A DNA stretch of 64,000 nucleotides from Candidatus Staskawiczbacteria bacterium (GCA_903885445.1 CAISIO010000006.1:15309-79308), one strand, 5' to 3'. Positions 45,212-53,695 are shown, numbered from the stretch's first letter. Translations and numbers: made by a program. Notes: generated by a model not told the origin, from the letters alone.

Positions 45212-46225
45212 TCAGTTGATAAATAGTTTTTTTGCTTCGTTCCAAATTGCCGGTTGGTTTTGAACCTTTTTCATCCAGTACCACCATTCTACTCCCCAAA
45301 GGTAAAATTTGTCCAATCCTGTTTGTTTTGCGTATTCTATATTCTGCGCGAAAATTTCCGGATTCATTGTTTTTGACTGCTCCTCTAAAGAAACGTCGTA
45401 AAAGGGTTTGGAAGCCCAGGGCTCGGCCTGTAATTCTATACAAATAACATCTTTGCCATATATCTTTTTTACCAGCTGCGCCTTTCTCCAATAAGTTACC
45501 GGCGACAAAAAAGAATTAACATTAAAGCCCAAATTATCAGTTACGTGCGCCCAAACCTTCCTGTACATTGTAACGCCGACGACGTCTGCTATTTTGGCCG
45601 CTTCAAACCAGTCAGACTGCTCGCCGGAATCAGAAATAATAACCTGCCTTGAAGGATCTAATGATTTTACAAACGCCACCTCTGTTTTTAAAAAATCCTT
45701 GTCATACCACGGGCATTTTCCAAAATTGAAAAGCGGCTCGTTTTCCACTTGCCAGTTAATAATCACATCGTTTGTTTTGTATCTTAAAACAACTTCTTTT
45801 ATATACTTTAAAATTTCATCTTGTTGCTGTTGTTCCGATAAATTACTTGCCCAAACCGGCACGTGGCATTCCGGCCAACGTCCGCTTTTCATTCCGACAA
45901 CATAAATAATTTTCACGTCGCTGTTTTTTGCCTGGGCCAGTTGCCAATCAATATCATTAAAATAATATTTATCTTTTTTCCCTTCAACCCAATCCCACTG
46001 AGTATGGATTTTTATATTTTTGGCGCCCAAGTCATTTATTATCGTCAAATAAGTCTCCTTCCAATTAAGCTTTAAAGATTCTGCCTGCATTTGGGAAAAA
46101 TCAACGCCCCAGGTAATACTTTTAGGGACAGAAGCTTTTCCGACAAAAAAATAACAAAAAAGAAAAACCGCTAAAGCTAAAATTATAATTAAACATAAAA
46201 TAACTATCTTTAAAAATTTTCTCAT
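45212..46225 (-). CDS. Membrane-anchored clan-A (GH5-like) glycoside hydrolase candidate
   Basis: 337 aa with an N-terminal TM helix. WQVENEP contains the NEP acid/base signature of TIM-barrel clan-A glycosidases, with a later ELQAEPW block. The family assignment is tentative. Confidence 0.45.
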   Translation of the reverse strand: MRKFLKIVILCLIIILALAVFLFCYFFVGKASVPKSITWGVDFSQMQAESLKLNWKETYLTIINDLGAKNIKIHTQWDWVEGKKDKYYFNDIDWQLAQAKNSDVKIIYVVGMKSGRWPECHVPVWASNLSEQQQQDEILKYIKEVVLRYKTNDVIINWQVENEPLFNFGKCPWYDKDFLKTEVAFVKSLDPSRQVIISDSGEQSDWFEAAKIADVVGVTMYRKVWAHVTDNLGFNVNSFLSPVTYWRKAQLVKKIYGKDVICIELQAEPWASKPFYDVSLEEQSKTMNPEIFAQNIEYAKQTGLDKFYLWGVEWWYWMKKVQNQPAIWNEAKKLFIN

Positions 46226-46226
46226 C

Positions 46227-47525
46227 TTATGCTCTATTTTTATTATTGCTGATTATTTTTTCTATGTTATATGCGCCCATTTTTTCTATTTCCACAAAAC
46301 CCTGCATTGCAGCTTCCGCCAGGTCTCCGCCATTTAAAGAATCGTAAAACCATTGGTCTGCATATTTAGGATTTTCCTCTGAAACTCCCGCTCCCACGTG
46401 TAAAAGCCATTTCTTGTTGAAGTCCTCCTGCGAGCCGATTGTCGGAGCTATAATTATAGGAATTCCCAACCCAGAGTAAAAAGAAAGCTCTGAGGGCTTT
46501 GTCCATAAAACATCTGTTTCTCGGAGCGCTTCGTTAAAAACCCTGAAATATTCGTCGGTTGTTATCCCTGAAAGCAAATGCACCCAGCCGTCCAATTCCA
46601 ATCCCTGGATATTTTCCGCAAAGTATTTCCTTAATTCTTCCCTCACGCCAACGGCAATGATAAACCTTAATTTTTTATTTTTTATCCTGTCTTTCAGGCT
46701 GTTTATTGCGTTAAGCGCTATTTCTTTTTGCGCGCCCGCTCCACCGATGGAAAACATAATTGTCAAAGGATGGTTTGATTTTTCCGGCAACTTTCCCAGC
46801 AAATCTTTTATTAAAGGATTATATGTTTTTATATATTTTTTAGTCGGGTCTAAATTCACTAAGCGATTTCTCATGTCGTCTTTTAAAATTTCCTTATTAG
46901 CGCCGATATTCTCTTGCGGCAAGGGATATCCTGTCAAAAAAATATGCTCCGGTTTAACGCCGTAAAGTTTTAACCGATCGCGGGTCCAGGTGTTGGGAGC
47001 GCAGTACTTAATTTTACTTTTTTTCGGGTCCATCGGAGCCCAAGCACGTGAGATATCAGCGTCGCATATTACGCAATAAACATCGCCCGGATAACCGAAA
47101 TGCTCAGCCATAAAAGCGGGCGTGAAAAAAGTAGAAACCATTGGCAAAGGATTTTTTTTGAACCTTTCAATCAAATCTTTTCCCCAGCCCCTTTTAATAA
47201 AATAAAAAACATTTTTTAAAGGAAAATCCGGCTTTGATAGGTCTCTTTTAGGATAATAAACCAAAATTTTCTGGAACCTGTCTAAAATAGAGAACAAAAA
47301 ATCTCCGAAAATGGGAATTCTTTTAAATCTTGAAATAAATTCGTAAGCAGACCGCGTTTGATGCCAAAAGCTTTTGTCTTTTTTTGGAATTCCCTGGTAG
47401 CTATTGGCGTTAATCACCTTTCCGCCGAAAGCGATATTCCTTAAAGGATACGCCGTGCGCTGGTGGCCATAACCCATATCAGCCGCCACAACCCATGCTT
47501 TTTTATTTTTTTTAGCTGAATTCAT
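46227..47525 (-). CDS. MGDG-synthase/UgtP-like (GT28) diacylglycerol glycosyltransferase candidate
   Basis: ADMGYGHQRTA is at the N-terminus and TKPSELSFYSGLGIPIIIAPTIGSQEDFN at the C-terminus, as in GT28 lipid glycosyltransferases. I trimmed the start to ATG 47525 (MNSAKK). The track start at 47645 runs through the neighbouring promoter region. Confidence 0.55.
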   Translation of the reverse strand: MNSAKKNKKAWVVAADMGYGHQRTAYPLRNIAFGGKVINANSYQGIPKKDKSFWHQTRSAYEFISRFKRIPIFGDFLFSILDRFQKILVYYPKRDLSKPDFPLKNVFYFIKRGWGKDLIERFKKNPLPMVSTFFTPAFMAEHFGYPGDVYCVICDADISRAWAPMDPKKSKIKYCAPNTWTRDRLKLYGVKPEHIFLTGYPLPQENIGANKEILKDDMRNRLVNLDPTKKYIKTYNPLIKDLLGKLPEKSNHPLTIMFSIGGAGAQKEIALNAINSLKDRIKNKKLRFIIAVGVREELRKYFAENIQGLELDGWVHLLSGITTDEYFRVFNEALRETDVLWTKPSELSFYSGLGIPIIIAPTIGSQEDFNKKWLLHVGAGVSEENPKYADQWFYDSLNGGDLAEAAMQGFVEIEKMGAYNIEKIISNNKNRA

Positions 47526-47568
47526 ATTATGTCTATTATACCTTATATATAAAAAAATTTTAACACGC

Positions 47569-47597
47569 TTGAATATTATCAAAATATGTGTTATTGT
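47569..47597 (+). promoter_or_regulatory. Candidate sigma70-like promoter of cassette D
   Basis: TTGAAT (47569-47574), N17, TG-extended TATTGT (47592-47597). The shared GTCTGC-GCTAGAC-AAAACGG motif starts 7 nt downstream. Confidence 0.4.
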
Positions 47598-47663
47598 ATC
47601 TATGTCTGCGCTAGACAAAACGGACGGCGCGCATAGGTCGGACATTTACAAAGGAGTCTTTTT

Positions 47664-48116
47664 GTGAGCGAGTACCTTGCACTACGAAGAAACCCATCGA
47701 CCCTTGTGATTGTCTGTAGCCAACTCTCTTACGAGGGATGGGCAACACAAGAACTCGGGCTTGGGCCGCTGGACGTCAAGCTAATTAGTGTAGCGGGCGG
47801 ACCCGCTGCACTAGCACACGGCGACCTGGTAGCAACGGACTATACCAGGATGTGTGAGTGCGTCAGCTTTCTTCTTGCCGAATTCCCATCCATTCACACC
47901 GTGATAGGCATCAACCACGGCAACAACGGAAGAAAGGGCGGCTGCGGCTACTACGAAAAAGTACTCAAAATCGTGGGCGGAGAGAAAAGCGATCTACCAA
48001 AAATAGCTCGCCAGCTAGCTATTCTCGCCAAAGACAAAACGATTAGGACATTCTACGCCGGTCTCGTTGAGACTGGCGGGTCCAAAGTCGTCTTCGAAGA
48101 AGTCTTCGCGGCATAA
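47664..48116 (+). CDS. Hypothetical protein (GC-rich cassette D)
   Basis: 150-aa ORF with a GTG start and AGGAG (47652-47656) 7 nt upstream. It is GC-rich with GC3 codons. The spacing VIVCSQ...ISVAGG...HGNNGRKGGCG loosely recalls beta-carbonic-anhydrase ligand order, but this is not convincing. Confidence 0.65.
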   Translation: MSEYLALRRNPSTLVIVCSQLSYEGWATQELGLGPLDVKLISVAGGPAALAHGDLVATDYTRMCECVSFLLAEFPSIHTVIGINHGNNGRKGGCGYYEKVLKIVGGEKSDLPKIARQLAILAKDKTIRTFYAGLVETGGSKVVFEEVFAA

Positions 48117-48139
48117 ACGTGTCGCCTCGACGACGTAAG

Positions 48140-48169
48140 CCGCAGGCATCCGCTTGCGGTAATTTTTTT
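48140..48169 (+). terminator. Intrinsic terminator of cassette D
   Basis: The stem CCGCAGGC/GCTTGCGG (48140-48147 / 48152-48159, one G-U pair) is followed by taaTTTTTTT. The T-run overlaps the comEC stop codon (48168-48170). Confidence 0.65.
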
Positions 48170-49649
48170 ACACAAAATTTTGGTTGTATTTTTTGTTCAA
48201 GAACCTGGTGCCGAAAATAATTACAAAATATAAAACAACCAGCCAAATCCAATGGACATTCTGAAAAGTTTTCATCGCCCATGGCTGAGAAAAATAATCT
48301 ATAACTTTTACAAAATAAGTTAATAAAAACCAGCAAGGAATTGATAAAATCCAGCCTAAGGTGTTGGAAAAAATTCCGATGATTGAAACTAAAAACCCTA
48401 GAATCATTAGCCACTCGACAATAGGCAAGACCAAAAGATTGGTTATTGGGGCGACAAAAGAAATATTTCCAAAATTATAAACCATCACCGGCAAAGTAAA
48501 AATTTGTGCCGCAAAGGTTGTTGAAATAATTCCTATTAAGTTTTCCGCTTTTTCTTTTGTAAAGACTTTTATGATTCTTTTGATTAACGGCTCTAAATAT
48601 ATAAGCCCGATTACAGCCAAAAATGAAAGCTGAAAACCGACGTCATACAGCAAAAGCAAGGGATTTACCAAGAGCATCACGGCGCACGCCATAACAATTA
48701 CTCTCGGTCCCATGGTCTGCCGGCCAAATTTTTGCGCCAAAAGATAAAGCCCGCCCATTATCCCCGCCCTTACGCCAGACGGAGGCAATCCGGTTAAAAT
48801 AATATAGATAAAAATAAAAAACACTGCTATGTAAAACGCTTTTCCCCGGCTAAATCCCATTGCCAGCAACAAAGACATCACAATCGCGCTCAAGATAACA
48901 ACATGGGTGCCCGATACGGCAATAATGTGCCGAAGCCCGGTTATATTGAGTTTTGTTTTCAAATCATTTGTCATTGCTCCGTTGTCACCTAAGATAGTGC
49001 CCTCTAAAATCGAACTCTGAGGCGGTAAAAAACTATGCTCAATGCTTGCCCTAATTTTTTGCTTAAAAAATAATATCTTTTCGTAAATCCAAGAAAAAAC
49101 ACCATAATCATGTTTTTGAGAAACCAACTCTATTTTTGGAAAACCCATAACAGAATATATATGGTCTTTCATCAAATAATTCCTGTAAGAACCGGAAAAT
49201 GTGCCATCTTCGTTTTCACCAGGAGCTTCCAATTTTCCCGTAAGTTTTATTTTGTCTAAATATTTGTATTCCGGATATTTATTTATCGTAGTCAAAACCG
49301 TACTTTCTCCAACTCTAACTTTTATCTTTTGGTAGGCGTCTCTCACGTCGGGCTCGCTGGAAATTATCCCGGTCATAACAAATTGGCCCTTTCCGTTATA
49401 TTTGCTCAACCTGTCATTGGCTATATTAAACTTTGTAATTTGCGATCTTAAAATCCCAAAAATTAAAAATAAAACACAAAAGCCAAAAACAAAGCTAATC
49501 TTCTTGAAAAAAACCGAGGCGAAAATAAGCAGTATTCCAAAAATTAAAATCCCCCAAACAAAAATTTGAGGAATTTTGATTACCGACTCCAAAAATACTC
49601 CCGCGATAAATAATATACAAAGAAAAAATAATATCTTAGACGGACTCAT
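48168..49649 (-). CDS. comEC: ComEC/Rec2-family competence channel protein (no MBL domain)
   Basis: 493 aa with an N-terminal OB/DUF4131-like segment and a polytopic competence domain (GLRHIIAVSGTHVVIL). It ends without the C-terminal metallo-beta-lactamase domain found in long ComEC proteins. Confidence 0.75.
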   Translation of the reverse strand: MSPSKILFFLCILFIAGVFLESVIKIPQIFVWGILIFGILLIFASVFFKKISFVFGFCVLFLIFGILRSQITKFNIANDRLSKYNGKGQFVMTGIISSEPDVRDAYQKIKVRVGESTVLTTINKYPEYKYLDKIKLTGKLEAPGENEDGTFSGSYRNYLMKDHIYSVMGFPKIELVSQKHDYGVFSWIYEKILFFKQKIRASIEHSFLPPQSSILEGTILGDNGAMTNDLKTKLNITGLRHIIAVSGTHVVILSAIVMSLLLAMGFSRGKAFYIAVFFIFIYIILTGLPPSGVRAGIMGGLYLLAQKFGRQTMGPRVIVMACAVMLLVNPLLLLYDVGFQLSFLAVIGLIYLEPLIKRIIKVFTKEKAENLIGIISTTFAAQIFTLPVMVYNFGNISFVAPITNLLVLPIVEWLMILGFLVSIIGIFSNTLGWILSIPCWFLLTYFVKVIDYFSQPWAMKTFQNVHWIWLVVLYFVIIFGTRFLNKKYNQNFV

Positions 49650-50360
49650 TTATCCCTGCCTGACTTGGCAATCTTTAAAATATGGAGAAATTTCTTTTAC
49701 TAATCCGTCCAAAAAATCTTTTTTAAACGGTTCTACTTTTTCAAATTCCGGGTCAATTGTTTTTTCCGCTCTAAAATTCTGCAAATAATACTTTATATTC
49801 GGTCCGCCAATCCACTTTGCTATTTCTTTAAAATCTTCTGCTGTGTGAATTGTATTAACCACGGTTGTACGAAATTCAAAATCTAAGCTGCTATTTTTTA
49901 AAAACTCCACACTTTCTTTTATTTTTTCCAATGTAATCCCTTCTGTCATAAGATTTTGGTACGCAGGATTTTTCTGGCCGGCTTTTATGTCCATTGCGAC
50001 ATAATCTATCAAATTTGACCTTACTAAATTTTTTAATAACTCCGGATTTGAACCGTTCGTATCCAGCTTTACCGCATATCCCAAATTTTTAATTTTCTCT
50101 ATAAACTGCGACAAATCTTTGTTTATTGTCGGCTCGCCCCCGCAAATCACAACTCCTTCCAGCAAACCCTTTCTACTGCGCAAAAAATCAAAAAACTCCT
50201 TCTCATCCAATCTTGGTTGTTTTACAATCTTCAAAGGCAAAACCAATTCCGAAGAATAGCACCACGGACATCTAAAATTGCATCCTGCCAAAAAAACTAC
50301 ACAGGCAATCTTGCCCGGGTAATCTATGAGAGTAGTTTTCTGTAAACCAGCTATAATCAT
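49650..50360 (-). CDS. nrdG: Anaerobic ribonucleoside-triphosphate reductase activating protein (radical SAM)
   Basis: 236 aa with the CNFRCPWC radical-SAM cluster and GGEPT. It lies directly downstream of nrdD. Confidence 0.85.
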   Translation of the reverse strand: MIIAGLQKTTLIDYPGKIACVVFLAGCNFRCPWCYSSELVLPLKIVKQPRLDEKEFFDFLRSRKGLLEGVVICGGEPTINKDLSQFIEKIKNLGYAVKLDTNGSNPELLKNLVRSNLIDYVAMDIKAGQKNPAYQNLMTEGITLEKIKESVEFLKNSSLDFEFRTTVVNTIHTAEDFKEIAKWIGGPNIKYYLQNFRAEKTIDPEFEKVEPFKKDFLDGLVKEISPYFKDCQVRQG

Positions 50361-50374
50361 GGCTTAATACTAAC

Positions 50375-50407
50375 AAAAAAACTCCCCTGTACGCAAGGGA
50401 GTTTTTT
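50375..50407. terminator. Symmetric hairpin (terminator-like) between nrdD and nrdG
   Basis: A7-ACTCCC...GGGAGT-T6 (stem 50381-50386 / 50397-50402). It lies inside what should be one nrdDG operon. Confidence 0.5.
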
Positions 50408-50413
50408 ATTTTT

Positions 50414-52579
50414 TTATGCAGCGACTTTTTGTTCTACCGGGATAACTTTTGCTACTTCTTCAACCGGGAAAGTGAATTCTTTCCTTTCTTCATACTCTTC
50501 TCTCTTTCCTTTGTGCCATTGCTGAACCGGCCTAATATATCCGACGACTCTCGAGTAGACTTCACATGGCTGTTTTATCGTGCATTGAGGACATTCAAAG
50601 TGTTCGCCGGCTATATATCCATGCGTCGGACAGATTGAAAATGTTGGAGTTAAAGTTATATATGGCAGGCTGTAATTTTCAAATACTTTTTTAACCAAAT
50701 TTTTTGCCATATTCGGGTCTGAAATTTTCTCTCCCAAAAATATATGCAAAACAGTTCCACCCGTGTATTTTGCCTGCAAATCATTTTGCAATTTCAAAGC
50801 TTCAAACACGTCATCTGTAAATCCAACCGGCAACTGGCTTGAGTTTGTATAGTAGGGAACCTCTTTTGTTCCGGCGGTAATAATATCAGGATATTTTTCT
50901 CTATCTGTTTTTGCCTGCCTATAGCTTGTGCCCTCGCCTGGAGTTGCTTCCAGGTTATACAAATTCCCTGTTTCTTCCTGAAACTTAACCATTTTTTCTC
51001 TCATGAAATCAAGCACTTCAAGCGCAAATTTCCTGCCCTTCTGCGTTGTAATATCTTCCTCTAAAAAGTTTATCAACGATTCGTTCATTCCCATAATTCC
51101 AATTGTAGAAAAATGGTTTCCAAAATAAGTATTTCTCATTTTCTTCATTTCTTCCAAATAGTGCCTGGAATATGGATAAAGTCCTTTCTCCATGAAATCA
51201 TCTAAAGCTTTTCTCTTAATCTCCAAACTTTCTTTTGCCAAATCCATCAAATGCCCCAAGCGCGTTAAATAGTCTGCTTTTGTTTTTGAAGTGTACCCAA
51301 TTCTCGGCAAATTAATTGTCACCACGCCGATTGAACCGGTTTTTGGGGAAGATCCGAACAATCCTCCGCCCCTCTTATATAACTCCCTATTGTCCAATCT
51401 CAGTCTGCAACACATTGACCTGGCGTCGTCCGGGCTCATATCAGACTGGATAAAATTTGAAAAATAATTAATCCCATACTTTGCGGTAGCCTCCCACATT
51501 GGAGCTAGGGCCGGGCTGTCCCACTGGAAATCTTTTGTAATTGAAACTGTCGGAATCGGGAAAGTAAACGGCCTGCCCGATGCGTCGCCTTCCATTAGGC
51601 CTTCATAGAACGCCCTGATAAACATATCCATTTCAGGTTGAAAATCTCCATAAGTGTCGTTCTGCACCTCTCCTCCAATAATCACCGGCTGTTTTGCTAA
51701 GAACGAAGGCGCTTTAATGTCTAAAGAAACATTCAAAAACGGAGTTTGAAAACCCACGCGCGTCGGTACCATACAACTATACAAAAATTCCTGCATCACT
51801 TGTTTTACTTGTTTGTAATCCAAATGATCGTATCTGATAAATGGCGCAAGCAAAGTATCAAAGTTTGAAATAGCATTGGCACCGGCGGTTTCTCCCTGCA
51901 AAGTAAACAAAACGTTTACCAACTGGCCCATTGCTGTGCGCAAATGTTTTGGAGGTTTGCACTCAATTTTTCCAGGAACTCCACCAAATCCTTTTATTAA
52001 AAAATCATACAAATCCCAACCGGCGCAATATGGAGCCAACAATTCCAAGTTATGAATATGAAAATCTTCATTTAGCGCGGCGTCCCTTATTTCTTTGGGA
52101 TAAATTTTATTAAGCCAATATTTTTTTGAAATATAAGAACCGACATACTGGTTTAGCCCCTGTAAAGAAAACGTCATATTGGCATTTTCTTTCACCTGCC
52201 AATCGATTTCTTTCAGATAGCTGTCAACTTTTTCCGAGGAATCGTCAGATGCTTTAGACGCTTCTCTAATCGCCCTTCTTTGCTCTCTATATAATATATA
52301 AGCTTTGGCAGTCTCAACTAAATCTTCCAGCATCAACGCCTCTTCAACAATATCCTGTATTTGTTCAATATTTGGAGCTTCTCCTTTTTTAAATCTGCGG
52401 TTCAGCAAACTTACAACTTTATCGGAAACTTTTTTGGAAACAGCGCCATCTCCCTGATTTGTCGCCACAACCGCCTTATGGACAGCTTCTTCGATTTTCG
52501 CCTGTTCAAAGGGCACTATTCTCCCGTCTCTTTTTTCCACCTTCTCAATATTATTTTTTGCTTTTAATTCTGCTTCCAT
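50414..52579 (-). CDS. nrdD: Anaerobic ribonucleoside-triphosphate reductase, class III, with ATP-cone
   Basis: 721 aa with an N-terminal ATP-cone (VEKRDGRIVPFEQAKIEEAV), a C-terminal Zn-ribbon (CPTHG...CPQC) and the glycyl-radical motif SRVVGY. Confidence 0.9.
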   Translation of the reverse strand: MEAELKAKNNIEKVEKRDGRIVPFEQAKIEEAVHKAVVATNQGDGAVSKKVSDKVVSLLNRRFKKGEAPNIEQIQDIVEEALMLEDLVETAKAYILYREQRRAIREASKASDDSSEKVDSYLKEIDWQVKENANMTFSLQGLNQYVGSYISKKYWLNKIYPKEIRDAALNEDFHIHNLELLAPYCAGWDLYDFLIKGFGGVPGKIECKPPKHLRTAMGQLVNVLFTLQGETAGANAISNFDTLLAPFIRYDHLDYKQVKQVMQEFLYSCMVPTRVGFQTPFLNVSLDIKAPSFLAKQPVIIGGEVQNDTYGDFQPEMDMFIRAFYEGLMEGDASGRPFTFPIPTVSITKDFQWDSPALAPMWEATAKYGINYFSNFIQSDMSPDDARSMCCRLRLDNRELYKRGGGLFGSSPKTGSIGVVTINLPRIGYTSKTKADYLTRLGHLMDLAKESLEIKRKALDDFMEKGLYPYSRHYLEEMKKMRNTYFGNHFSTIGIMGMNESLINFLEEDITTQKGRKFALEVLDFMREKMVKFQEETGNLYNLEATPGEGTSYRQAKTDREKYPDIITAGTKEVPYYTNSSQLPVGFTDDVFEALKLQNDLQAKYTGGTVLHIFLGEKISDPNMAKNLVKKVFENYSLPYITLTPTFSICPTHGYIAGEHFECPQCTIKQPCEVYSRVVGYIRPVQQWHKGKREEYEERKEFTFPVEEVAKVIPVEQKVAA

Positions 52580-52729
52580 ATTTTAAAATGCCTTTTTCAA
52601 AAAATTATTTAATATTTAAAAACTCGACTAGGTAAGTACATTTTACTCCAACAAAAAACCCTGTCAAATCCATTTTTAAGAACAAAATCTGTGGATAACT
52701 AATATTCTAACCCATTATCCAATTCCAAA

Positions 52730-52759
52730 CAAAAAACACCTTAATTTCAGGCGTTTTTT
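52730..52759. terminator. Intrinsic terminator after ftsZ
   Basis: A-run, then stem AACACC/GGCGTT (52735-52740 / 50-55; G-U on the minus strand), then T6. Confidence 0.55.
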
Positions 52760-52766
52760 CTATTTT

Positions 52767-53687
52767 TTACAATTTTGTTGCTATAACAGTTATCTTTATT
52801 TCTCCCTTCTTTAAATTATTGTCTTTCACCGCGCCAAAAATTATCTGGGCGTTGCGGTCAACGTTTTTAGTGATAACTTTTGCCGCTTCCTGGATTTCAT
52901 TCAAGGTGACGTCATTCCCGGCAGCTAAAAATAAAACTCCTTTGGCCCCCATAATTGAAAAATCTAACAGTGGAGAACTGATTGCAATTTCCGCCGCGCG
53001 CGGCGCTCGATTTTCGCCAGACGTTTTTCCCATTCCAAATAAGGCGTGCCCAGAATCTTTTACAATAGAAACAATTGACGCAAAATCAACGTTTATAATT
53101 CCCGGAGTTAAAACTAAATCCGTAATTGACTGCACGGCTTCGCGCAAAACATCATCGCAAATTAAAAATGCGTTTGACACCGTTGTCTTCTCGTCGATTA
53201 TTTTTAGAAGCTTATCGTTAGAAATTACCAATAATGAGTCAACTTTGTTTTTTAAATTTTCCAAAGCGGCTGCCGCGACTTTCTTTCTTTCCAACCCTTC
53301 AAAGGAAAATGGAGTTGTGACAACCGCTATAGTTAAAATGCCGAGTCCTTTTGAGATCTCAGCAATAATCGGCGAGGCGCCAGAACCTGTGCCGCCGCCG
53401 AGCCCGCAAGTCACAAAAACCATATCAGCCCCTTTCAAATTTTCCAAAATTTCATTTCTGGATTCTTCTGCAGCCTCTCTTCCTAAATCCGCATCCATTC
53501 CCGTACCCAATCCTTTGGTGATATTTTTTCCTATTAAAATCTTTTTTTCAGCTTTAGAAAAATGCAATGCCTGCGCGTCTGTGTTTACCGCCAACAACTC
53601 AACCTCATGCATCTGGAACTTCGCCATCCTGGAAACTGTATTAGAACCTGAACCTCCAACTCCAATAACTTTAATTTTCGGATTCAT
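52767..53687 (-). CDS. ftsZ: Cell division GTPase FtsZ (core only, no C-terminal linker or tail)
   Basis: 306 aa with VIGVGGSGSNTV, the GGGTGSG tubulin signature, and NVDFAS. The ORF ends right after the globular domain. Confidence 0.9.
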   Translation of the reverse strand: MNPKIKVIGVGGSGSNTVSRMAKFQMHEVELLAVNTDAQALHFSKAEKKILIGKNITKGLGTGMDADLGREAAEESRNEILENLKGADMVFVTCGLGGGTGSGASPIIAEISKGLGILTIAVVTTPFSFEGLERKKVAAAALENLKNKVDSLLVISNDKLLKIIDEKTTVSNAFLICDDVLREAVQSITDLVLTPGIINVDFASIVSIVKDSGHALFGMGKTSGENRAPRAAEIAISSPLLDFSIMGAKGVLFLAAGNDVTLNEIQEAAKVITKNVDRNAQIIFGAVKDNNLKKGEIKITVIATKL

Positions 53688-53695
53688 ATTAGCGC

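Noticed and set aside
47526-47645. N-terminal extensions given by the ORF track for several genes (46227..47645, 44163..45491, 43445..44263, 18887..20026, 7246..8253, and 41057..41995 with a GTG start)
   Set aside because: The longest-ORF starts overlap upstream genes or promoters by 19-280 nt. Internal ATGs lie directly at the upstream stop (ATGA or a 1-4 nt gap) or behind a good Shine-Dalgarno, and begin where family homology begins.
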